DNA of 64,000 bases from Clostridia bacterium (GTDB lineage: Bacteria > Bacillota > Clostridia > Acetivibrionales > STF1-152): assembly GCA_028280575.1 (NCBI GenBank), contig JANQLN010000067.1:17325-81324 (forward strand), in the 5' to 3' direction. Position 1 is the first letter of the stretch, and each line of letters opens with the position of its first letter. Shown one piece after another: positions 9,411 to 17,280 of the stretch. The position numbers and the translations under genes are program-made. Below the pieces are notes generated by a model. The model was not told where the DNA came from, did not search any database, and saw only the letters and a program-made list of their open reading frames with translations.

Positions 9411-10343
9411 TTATTGAGTTCTTTTGTCTTCTATACATACGCTTCCCTTTGCGGACTTTGCTTTTTTCTTAAGCTCCGCGGCCAGCTCTGAGACCTCAAG
9501 AACACTTTTCAACTGCTTTTTTTCATTTGATACTATTGCAACGGATAACGACATTATCGGGTATTTTATTTTATTCCCTTGCCGGTCTCTGGTTTCAATA
9601 TAACCTTTTTTCCTGTCTCCCTCCCTGTAAAGAGTCTTGACTTTTTTGTCAAAATTCTTAATTATACCATTTCCAATTTCATGTGCATATTTAGGCATTG
9701 TTACAATAACAAAATCGTCACCGCCAATATGGCCTATAAAATCATCATCACAGCCATATTGCCTGACATTGTCGGATATTATATCTGCTGTCATGGTAAT
9801 AGCGGTGTCTCCCATTGCAAACCCATATACATCATTATAAGCTTTAAAATTGTCCATATCAAGATATAATACTGCAAACTGCTTCTTTCTTGCTATCCTG
9901 AGAGTAACTTCCGCCTGGATTTCATTATTTCCCTGAAGCCCTGTAAGCGGATTGGCCCACCTGTTTTTGCCAATTCTTCTAAGTGTGTTTTTCACCCTGC
10001 TTAAAAGCTCCCTATGGTTAAACGGTTTGGTAATGTAATCATCTGCACCCAGTTCCAATCCTAAAAGCTTGTTATCGTCATTTTTTTGAGTGGTAAGAAT
10101 TATTATGGGCATGAGATTGTTGCTGTCGTCGGCCCTCAGCTGCTTGCACACTTCAAATCCATCCATTCCAGGCATAACAACATCAAGAAGAACCAAATCA
10201 GGTTTTTCTGTCCTGACAAGCTCAATACCTTCCAAACCATTCGAAGCAGCAGCAACATCATACCCGGCTGTTTCCAGTATGTCGGTAATCATCCTTACCA
10301 TAAGATGACTGTCATCAATAACAAGTATCTTTTTTTTAAACAT
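9411..10343 (-). CDS. Response regulator (REC) fused to a GGDEF-family domain carrying a GGDDF signature
   Basis: The REC domain has ILVIDDS...LLDVVMPGMDGF...KP. The GGDEF-like domain has NPLTGL, LDMDNFKAYND and GFAMGD, with GGDDF at 9711-9725. I chose the ATG at 10343, preceded by GGGAGA. Confidence 0.85.
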   Translation of the reverse strand: MFKKKILVIDDSHLMVRMITDILETAGYDVAAASNGLEGIELVRTEKPDLVLLDVVMPGMDGFEVCKQLRADDSNNLMPIIILTTQKNDDNKLLGLELGADDYITKPFNHRELLSRVKNTLRRIGKNRWANPLTGLQGNNEIQAEVTLRIARKKQFAVLYLDMDNFKAYNDVYGFAMGDTAITMTADIISDNVRQYGCDDDFIGHIGGDDFVIVTMPKYAHEIGNGIIKNFDKKVKTLYREGDRKKGYIETRDRQGNKIKYPIMSLSVAIVSNEKKQLKSVLEVSELAAELKKKAKSAKGSVCIEDKRTQ

Positions 10344-10665
10344 TTTTTCTCCCATTGCAGTATGTAACGTCTTTAATTCTTGCAATAGGGCTCTTGAAAT
10401 ACACAAATAGCTAATTTCCAAGTCACACTGCATAGAATTATGACGTTATATATGGTTATAAAATGGATAAACAATAAATACTATATATAACCATAAGTTA
10501 TAACCTTCATATTTCTAAGCATATTATATATTAATTTGAATAATTTGCAAACACCTAAATTTAGCAAATTGCTTAAATTTAAGGTATGGATAATAACTTT
10601 GATTTGTGGTATATTATATATTCATTGCATTAATCTTTTTTTATGAAAATCCAAGGAGGATATTT

Positions 10666-10884
10666 ATGGCATCTTTTTGTGAATGTGGTTCATTGATTAT
10701 AAATGAAAAATGTACAAACAGTAAATGCACACACCGGAAAAAAGCCACACGAACCGTTAAAAAGGGCAGGCCAAAGGAAAAAAGTGTTACAAAGGGCAAG
10801 GAAAATAAAAAAAACCACAGAAGGTCTTCCAGGTGCATAACTTACAGTATAGAAGAACTGGAGAACAAGGAGGACTATATGTAG
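10666..10884 (+). CDS. Small lysine-rich protein with an N-terminal Cys4 (zinc-ribbon-like) motif
   Basis: 72 aa from the ATG at 10666, with an AAGGAGGA RBS. The sequence CEC-x11-C-x4-C is followed by a highly basic stretch. Confidence 0.55.
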   Translation: MASFCECGSLIINEKCTNSKCTHRKKATRTVKKGRPKEKSVTKGKENKKNHRRSSRCITYSIEELENKEDYM

Positions 10885-10908
10885 GAAAGTAAACAAGCCA
10901 TATATAAT

Positions 10909-11514
10909 TTATTTCACATAACCGGCTTCATTGCAGCCAACCACTACGAACATTTCATCATTGTCAACTACAGCGGCAGTTTTCAAGCCTGCCTCTTTAT
11001 AATATTGCTTAATTATATCTGCAGAAGGCAGCCTGTCGTTTTTCACAGCACCGGAAACATTCCTGTGCAGGTTATTAATGGCCTCTCTGCCCTGGGAGTG
11101 GCTTATGCAAAGCTTACCTCCCCTATTCAGATATCCGGCAAGCTTTGCAACAGCAGCTTTTTTATCCTCAAAATGAGGAAACATGGAATAACACATAATA
11201 CAGTCAAAATAATTCTCCGGCAGTTTTATTGCAAGTACATCCCCGGCAATAAATTCAACATTATTAAAGCGAAATTTCCCCTTTGCCACTTCAATCATGT
11301 TCTCAGCTATGTCAACAGCAACAATTTTTCCGGATAAACCTGCACGGGAATATAAAAAGGGCACCATAACCCCTGTCCCGGTACCCACATCAAGGGTCCT
11401 GTCTCCCTGTTTGATACGGGCAATGTCAACAATATATCCTATTTTTTTCTCATCATGGTCTACAGTACTATCCCACTTTTCAGCCATAGAGTTAAAAAAT
11501 TCCCTGTTATTCAA
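10909..11514 (-). CDS. Class I SAM-dependent methyltransferase
   Basis: Contains motif I (LDVGTGTGV), a downstream acidic residue (AVD) and a Methyltransf_11-like layout. The TTG start lies 1 nt after the upstream stop, which suggests translational coupling. Confidence 0.8.
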   Translation of the reverse strand: MNNREFFNSMAEKWDSTVDHDEKKIGYIVDIARIKQGDRTLDVGTGTGVMVPFLYSRAGLSGKIVAVDIAENMIEVAKGKFRFNNVEFIAGDVLAIKLPENYFDCIMCYSMFPHFEDKKAAVAKLAGYLNRGGKLCISHSQGREAINNLHRNVSGAVKNDRLPSADIIKQYYKEAGLKTAAVVDNDEMFVVVGCNEAGYVK

Positions 11515-11515
11515 T

Positions 11516-12046
11516 TTAAACGGACCTCATTTCAGATAATATTTGCTTTTTTAAAAGAATAACCATTGGCGGTATAAAAACCAATTGTATGGCAATTCCA
11601 GGTATACCTGTAGTAACGGCAGATATTACAAAAGCAGCCGGACCGGGAAGCTTTGCTCCAAAAATCACTACCATTACCCATACCACAATGCCTGCTGCAA
11701 TCCTTCCTGCCACCATACTCACAATCAAGGAAAGATATGTATTAAGTTTGATTTTTCTGCTTAACAGGTTTGCAGCCCCAGCGTATACTCCAAGCTCAAA
11801 AACCATAAATGGTAAAACCGGAAACATGGGCGGCATTCCTGTAATAAAAGAGCTTAACAAAGGGGTGATAACTCCTACGGCAACAGCATAAGGCAGTCCA
11901 AGCAAAAATCCGGCAAGAATAACAGGTACGTGCATAGGTAAAAAGCTTTTGCCAATGTTAAAGGGATGAAGTATCGCCGGAATTATAATACCCATAGTTA
12001 TAAAAAAGCCTGCAATTACCATTTCCCTGGTAGAATTTTTTCTCAT
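11516..12046 (-). CDS. ECF-transporter S (substrate-capture) component, substrate unknown
   Basis: 176 aa from the ATG at 12046 (RBS GGGGAGG). It has six hydrophobic helices and resembles the ECF_trnsprt family. No EcfA or EcfT genes are adjacent. Confidence 0.65.
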   Translation of the reverse strand: MRKNSTREMVIAGFFITMGIIIPAILHPFNIGKSFLPMHVPVILAGFLLGLPYAVAVGVITPLLSSFITGMPPMFPVLPFMVFELGVYAGAANLLSRKIKLNTYLSLIVSMVAGRIAAGIVVWVMVVIFGAKLPGPAAFVISAVTTGIPGIAIQLVFIPPMVILLKKQILSEMRSV

Positions 12047-12068
12047 TTTTTTAGCCTCCCCATAATTG

Positions 12069-12122
12069 AAAAAAATAAAAACCACATATGGAGCCGTTAC
12101 TTACGGCATACCTTCGTGGTTT
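12069..12122 (-). terminator. Intrinsic terminator-like hairpin inside the leader of the ECF S-component gene (candidate attenuator)
   Basis: On the minus strand: AAACCAC-gaaggtat-GCCGT-aagta-ACGGC-tccatat-GTGGTTT followed by TTTATTTTTTT. The T-run ends only about 6 nt (12063-12068) before the RBS. Confidence 0.6.
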
Positions 12123-12341
12123 AGTATTCGTTAACAATAAATTATATATGGTGTAAATATTCCAAAAAACCTTCATGGTTTTAATTCCATAAAACAAGAT
12201 ATCACAAAAGCCCAATTCTGTCAAACATATTTAAGTGAGCAAATTGATTAAGTCAATGCAAAAACGGGATAATACAAGCCAAATACTGCAGGGAAAAACT
12301 TGATCAATGAATTCTTCGGTGCAGTACCCTAACTCATAAAT

Positions 12342-12396
12342 TGGAAAAAACTGTCTGAGCTCATGCCAGTGAAATGGCCTTGTCACTCAAGACAGT
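12342..12396 (-). terminator. Rho-independent terminator closing the glycan locus
   Basis: On the minus strand: ACTGTCTTGAG...CTCAGACAGT (10 bp with one bulge) followed by TTTTTTCC. Confidence 0.6.
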
Positions 12397-12637
12397 TTTC
12401 CCCGTACAATAGATCCATTTTTAAAGTATAATTGTATCAAATTTTGTTAATCAATTCAAGAGGCAGTAAGAGCAATTTTCTTAAAGTAATAAATCTTTGA
12501 ACCGTTTTCCTGCCAGTGACATAAAGGTTCCCGGGACCCGCCTGGAAAGCTACAGGGCTTTTTGGGCTGAGTCCCGGGCAGCAGCTATGATCATTTTGCT
12601 TATGTTATTATTTTTAAAGTATCACTTAATCTTCTTA

Positions 12638-13462
12638 TTACGACTTGCTTCCTGACAATCTCTTTCTGGTAACAAATATACCAACCCCTGATACTATTGC
12701 GGCAATCAGAAGCAAAACTATTGAAGAATCACCTGTTTCAGGATTCTGTGCTTTGGCGGCAGCACTTGCTAAATTTCTCCTTGCAATGCTGACATTTTTA
12801 AGAGATATGGTTATATCCTTCCCGTCTACAAAATCCGAGCCTTCGTCCCTGTCGTTTGCAGCATATAATCCAAACCATTTCACCTTTTTCAGATTTTCAA
12901 TGGATGCGGGGACAGAAGCTTCACTTTCATCGGTAGAAATTGCACTGCTAAACGGCAAATAAAATGTCTGCCATCCTTTTTTCAAGTTTGGAGTATAAAC
13001 GCCGCCTGCTTTATCACATTTAAATGAGAATTTGGGATGGTTATTGGTGTCTTTTCCATCTCCTGCCTTAACTTCAATAGTTAACCTCTTTCCCGGCCCT
13101 GAACTGCCGTAATATGGCAAGCTGACCAGATCGTCGGCTTCTAAATCAACCTTTGCTTCAACAACCAAATATAGATTATTTATATCTTCATTGTCTAATT
13201 CATTGGCGATTGAAAATTGGCTTTTTATTGATATACCCTTATTCATAGGTATATGTTGAACGCAGTTTGAATTATCAACGCTTACTACCGAAAGCCTGCC
13301 GTCAGCATTTGATACCCAATTGGAAATATCAGTCTGACCGTTATAAATAGAGTATACCTGCTCATACTCGTTTGACCCTGCAAATACCGCCAGTGTTGAG
13401 AAAGCTGTCACGCAGATTATGGCAAATGCAATCAAAAGCACCCTAAATGTTTTTTTCCTCAT
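12638..13462 (-). CDS. Secreted, sortase-anchored protein of unknown function (CBM/jelly-roll-like by composition)
   Basis: It has a signal peptide. The C-terminal sorting signal is NPETG (12731-12745), then a hydrophobic helix, then RKRLSGSKS. RBS is GGGGA. Confidence 0.7.
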   Translation of the reverse strand: MRKKTFRVLLIAFAIICVTAFSTLAVFAGSNEYEQVYSIYNGQTDISNWVSNADGRLSVVSVDNSNCVQHIPMNKGISIKSQFSIANELDNEDINNLYLVVEAKVDLEADDLVSLPYYGSSGPGKRLTIEVKAGDGKDTNNHPKFSFKCDKAGGVYTPNLKKGWQTFYLPFSSAISTDESEASVPASIENLKKVKWFGLYAANDRDEGSDFVDGKDITISLKNVSIARRNLASAAAKAQNPETGDSSIVLLLIAAIVSGVGIFVTRKRLSGSKS

Positions 13463-13709
13463 ATATAAATCCCCTTTCTTGTATGAGCATTTTGCTTATG
13501 TTAATGCTATTAACATACTAAATTCAGCTGTATGAATAATAAGCATTTTTAATATGGCCTTGCTAAAACCGGCATAAGCAAACTGCTTTTGTATGGAATG
13601 TCTTTAATTCTTGCATTATGGCTGAAAGTCGCTATTGTATAGAATTTTTACGTTACAGCCATAATTATTTTTTCAAAATAAAACATAAGCAATAACAATC
13701 AATTTAGCG

Positions 13710-15155
13710 CTATTCACTGTAATAATCGGAAATTAACTGTTTTGCCTTTTCTTCTATGGCGTCCAGCGCGGAACCAGGCTCAACATCTTCCTTTCTGATG
13801 CTGTCAATTATTGCCGCATGGATAGGTCCAATATCAATGCCAAGCGTATATGTTGCTATGGACTTGCCATTATATTTCCTGTAAATTTCAACAGATTCAT
13901 CATCCCTGAAATTATCATCCCTCAATTTTTCATAAAACTCTTTTTCGTAGTCGTCAGGCTTTATTAAAATCTCATTTGTTATCTTTACGCTTTTTTCCCA
14001 GTCCTTTTCAGATGCGGTCATACAAAGGAAGCGCGCATCACTCATTGCCCAGCTTAATTCTTTGGCATTGGGGCCCTTGGGGAACAAAATCAATCCAAAA
14101 TCATCTTCCATTTCCCCGTTAAGCGTGGAAGACATATAAAAATCAAATGCCCAGAAAGCCGATTTCCCTTCCATGAATTGGGCCATATATGCCTTCCAGT
14201 CTCCCTTTGAAATATTCGGATCTACTACTTTATCTTTTAAAACCAGCTGTTTTCCAAAGTTTAAGGCTTCTATTGCTTCCGGTGTATTTAATCCATATTC
14301 CATTTTACCGTCAGCATTTTTATTAACAATCCTCGCATCATTGGAGAATAAAATTCCGAAGTCAAACATTCCACTGCCTCCTAAGCCCCATTGGTCGACA
14401 ATGCCGTCACCATCCGTATCCTTCGTAGTCGCCTTGCATATTTCACGGAATTTTTCCCACGTCCATTCCCCGCTTTCAATCAATTCATACGGGGACGGCT
14501 GGTTTTCATTTTCAAGCATGGTTTTATTAAAGAACATAACATTTCTCAATTCGGGAATTACATTGGAAAAGCCATACGTTTTCCCATTTATTGTTGACAT
14601 GTTGATATATGTCTGTTCCCATACCGGATTGTTCAAGTCAAAGCCGGGAACTTCTTTAAGGTCTGCCAGCACACCTGCTTTCCTGACTCTTTCAAAGCAC
14701 CATCCGGGAAGATCCATAAAATCGGCAAATTTGTCTCCTGCCATGACGGCGGTGGTAATACGTTCCACAGCCGTGCCACCGTCAAGCAGCTCGGTTTTTA
14801 TTTTAAAGTTCCACGCATCTTCCAAATCCCTCATTCTGTATAACAGCTCGTCGCTTCCCTCGCTGCGTCCTTCTTCTTCGGGATAATAAGCTGCAGGCCA
14901 GAATGTTACTATTGTATATTCATACCCTCCCAGGTCAGCAGGCTCCGGAGTCCGCTCGGCTGATTCCTCATCTTCTTTTTCGCCTTCCTGCTGCTTTTCT
15001 TCGGTGTCCGGTGAATCGCTTTTTCCGTTATCAGTAGCTTCATCCTTAACTGTTTCATCATCGCTTGCGTCTTTACCGCCGCATGCTGCAAAAAGTGATA
15101 AAGCCATTAAAAATACCAATAAAAATGAAATAACTTTTTTAAACTTATTATTCAT
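13710..15155 (-). CDS. ABC transporter extracellular solute-binding lipoprotein (family 1, carbohydrate type)
   Basis: Lipobox LFAACGG, an acidic linker, and an SBP_bac_1-like body. It sits downstream of two permease genes. Confidence 0.85.
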   Translation of the reverse strand: MNNKFKKVISFLLVFLMALSLFAACGGKDASDDETVKDEATDNGKSDSPDTEEKQQEGEKEDEESAERTPEPADLGGYEYTIVTFWPAAYYPEEEGRSEGSDELLYRMRDLEDAWNFKIKTELLDGGTAVERITTAVMAGDKFADFMDLPGWCFERVRKAGVLADLKEVPGFDLNNPVWEQTYINMSTINGKTYGFSNVIPELRNVMFFNKTMLENENQPSPYELIESGEWTWEKFREICKATTKDTDGDGIVDQWGLGGSGMFDFGILFSNDARIVNKNADGKMEYGLNTPEAIEALNFGKQLVLKDKVVDPNISKGDWKAYMAQFMEGKSAFWAFDFYMSSTLNGEMEDDFGLILFPKGPNAKELSWAMSDARFLCMTASEKDWEKSVKITNEILIKPDDYEKEFYEKLRDDNFRDDESVEIYRKYNGKSIATYTLGIDIGPIHAAIIDSIRKEDVEPGSALDAIEEKAKQLISDYYSE

Positions 15156-15373
15156 CCATTTAACCTCCTCTTCTTATTTTTGAGCAATTTGCGCTGCTAT
15201 GACTTTTAAATGCAGCATACTAATTTCAGCATTTTCGTTACTTGAAACGGCTGCCTACACAAATTGCTTTTTTTGGCAAATATCATCCATGTTTTATAAT
15301 TTTAACAATATACTTTTTAACCCTCCCTTTAGGTTATTTTATAAAACAAAAGATAATTGCCGCCGCCATCTAA

Positions 15374-16330
15374 TCAACCAACAATACCACTTCTCTCAAC
15401 TCCCTGTAAGAAAAGGTTTTGTGCAAATATATATATTATGATAAGAGGTGTTATTGTCAATAACAGTCCGGAATTTAAAAAGGCACTTATTATTACAGGA
15501 CTGTTCTCATATGCAATAGCTTTTGTTATATAATTGAGCAAAATATTTTTATTATTCATAAACAGCCCGCTGTAGAACGTATCTGTCCACTGCCAGCAAA
15601 AGCTCAGCAGGAAAACTGTCAGCATCATGGTGCGTGCATTGGGAAGCATAATGGAAAAAAATGTTTTAAACACTCCGCAGCCGTCAACATACGCGGCTTC
15701 CTCCAATTCCCCGGGCATGCTCCTGAAAAACTGACGCATTATATATATGTACAAGCCGTTTTTCAAGCCTAACCCTGTTAAAGATAAAATCCAAAATGGA
15801 AATGAAGTATCTATCAAATTAATCTGTCTTCCTGATATTGCCGTAACCAATCCTAATATGTCAAAAAATCTGAACTTCATAAACAATGGGATTAAAATTA
15901 CCTGGGGAGGTACCAGCAGGGTTAGAATCACCAGTGCAAATATTATGTTTCTGCCTTTAAAATGAAACCTGGCAAATCCGTAACCTGTCAGGGTACAAAC
16001 AATCAGCTGCAGCAGGCTGCTGGAAATTGTCTGTAATGAAAGATTTTTAAGACCCTCCCAGTAATCTATTCGTATAATGGTTTCCTTTATAAAAAATAAG
16101 GAAGGACTCTTTGCAATATAGTTCACAGTTTTATCAAGCATATCCTTTTCACTCATGATAACCCTTGTAAATTTATAAAAAAACGGATATATTATTAAAA
16201 ATGCAATACCCATAATGAGAATGGTCCTGATGAGTGCATACAAAAAATGTTTTAACTTCACTGGATTTAAATAACTTTTTATTCCTTTTTTCAGCCAGTT
16301 GAAATCCCTGGAAATCACTAAACCTTTCAT
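15374..16330 (-). CDS. Carbohydrate ABC transporter permease (MalG-like)
   Basis: Six hydrophobic segments and an EAA-loop region (EEAAYVDGCGVFKTFFSIMLP). Confidence 0.85.
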   Translation of the reverse strand: MKGLVISRDFNWLKKGIKSYLNPVKLKHFLYALIRTILIMGIAFLIIYPFFYKFTRVIMSEKDMLDKTVNYIAKSPSLFFIKETIIRIDYWEGLKNLSLQTISSSLLQLIVCTLTGYGFARFHFKGRNIIFALVILTLLVPPQVILIPLFMKFRFFDILGLVTAISGRQINLIDTSFPFWILSLTGLGLKNGLYIYIMRQFFRSMPGELEEAAYVDGCGVFKTFFSIMLPNARTMMLTVFLLSFCWQWTDTFYSGLFMNNKNILLNYITKAIAYENSPVIISAFLNSGLLLTITPLIIIYIFAQNLFLQGVERSGIVG

Positions 16331-16344
16331 ATCTATAACCTCCG

Positions 16345-17280
16345 CTACTCTTGATAAAAAACAAGCTTGGATGCAATTAAAGCTACTAAACCCAAAACCA
16401 CACTTATTGCTACAAAATAAAGCCAGCTCATGGCAGATGCATGGCCATATTCCGCCTGCCTGAAAGCCGTATTAAAAATAACATGCATCAACCTGTTTTC
16501 ACTGTCCGTCAGACGGTCAATAATTGTATAAATTGTATTTACCAATATTAAAGGGCTGATCATTGGAAAGGTTATTTTCCAGAAGTTTTCCCAGCTGGTT
16601 GCCCCTTCAATATATGATGCTTCATACAAGGCTGCAGGAATTGATTGCAATCCTCCTAAAAAAATCAGCAATTGTACGCCTGAATCTGTTATAACCTCAT
16701 ATAATCTAAACACGGCATCCAATATATATCCTATAAACCTGGGACCAAGATTTACATTCAGCAATAATCTTGTTATATCAAGCATCTGCCAGATTGTGTC
16801 AAATGTTGTCCCAAATTCACCGGTGTCCACACCCTCAAGGTCAATCATCCTGTTGAATATCATGTCCTTTGCTTCTATCTTCTGGACAATTCCCGTAGCT
16901 ATGATAACAGGTATAAAAAATATTGCCCTTGCCAGTGTTCTTCCTCTGAACTTCTCCTTGAGAATATTGGCCAGTAACAGGCTGAATATGATTATAATAG
17001 GTACATTCATAACCATATTTCGTACCGATTCAATTAGAAACCTGACATATTCAGGATCAACTCGTAAGGCAAAGTTATAGTTTTCCCATCCTATCCATTC
17101 CTTGACAAGCCCGTCCTTTGTATTGCTTATCTCCGAAAAGCTCATTAAAAAGGATTCAACAATAATACTACCATATATAAATACCAGCCCTATTATAACC
17201 GGCAGCAGGAATAAGTAGCCATAATAACCTTTTTTAGCTGTCAAACCTATTTTTCTTTTTTTAAAAAACATATCCTTCAC
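16345..17280 (-). CDS. Sugar ABC transporter permease (MalF-like)
   Basis: BPD_transp_1-like with an EAA loop (YEASYIEGATSWENFWKITFP). It overlaps the upstream gene's stop by 4 nt. Confidence 0.85.
   Translation of the reverse strand: MKDMFFKKRKIGLTAKKGYYGYLFLLPVIIGLVFIYGSIIVESFLMSFSEISNTKDGLVKEWIGWENYNFALRVDPEYVRFLIESVRNMVMNVPIIIIFSLLLANILKEKFRGRTLARAIFFIPVIIATGIVQKIEAKDMIFNRMIDLEGVDTGEFGTTFDTIWQMLDITRLLLNVNLGPRFIGYILDAVFRLYEVITDSGVQLLIFLGGLQSIPAALYEASYIEGATSWENFWKITFPMISPLILVNTIYTIIDRLTDSENRLMHVIFNTAFRQAEYGHASAMSWLYFVAISVVLGLVALIASKLVFYQE

Noticed and set aside
12586-12654. A short hydrophobic plus-strand ORF (MIILLMLLFLKYHLIFLLRLAS) considered as a type I toxin.
   Set aside because: It has no RBS. 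It overlaps the 3' end of the anchored-protein gene in antisense. A similar upstream sequence gives only a 12-aa peptide, so the similarity is at the DNA-repeat level.
14173-14886. A 237-aa plus-strand ORF antisense to the lipoprotein SBP gene. Similar antisense ORFs occur at 40213-40779, 43707-44228, 55524-55988 and 57265-57732.
   Set aside because: Each is nested antisense inside a gene with clear family motifs. The products are Ser/Pro/Ala-rich or Cys-rich nonsense without start-site signals.
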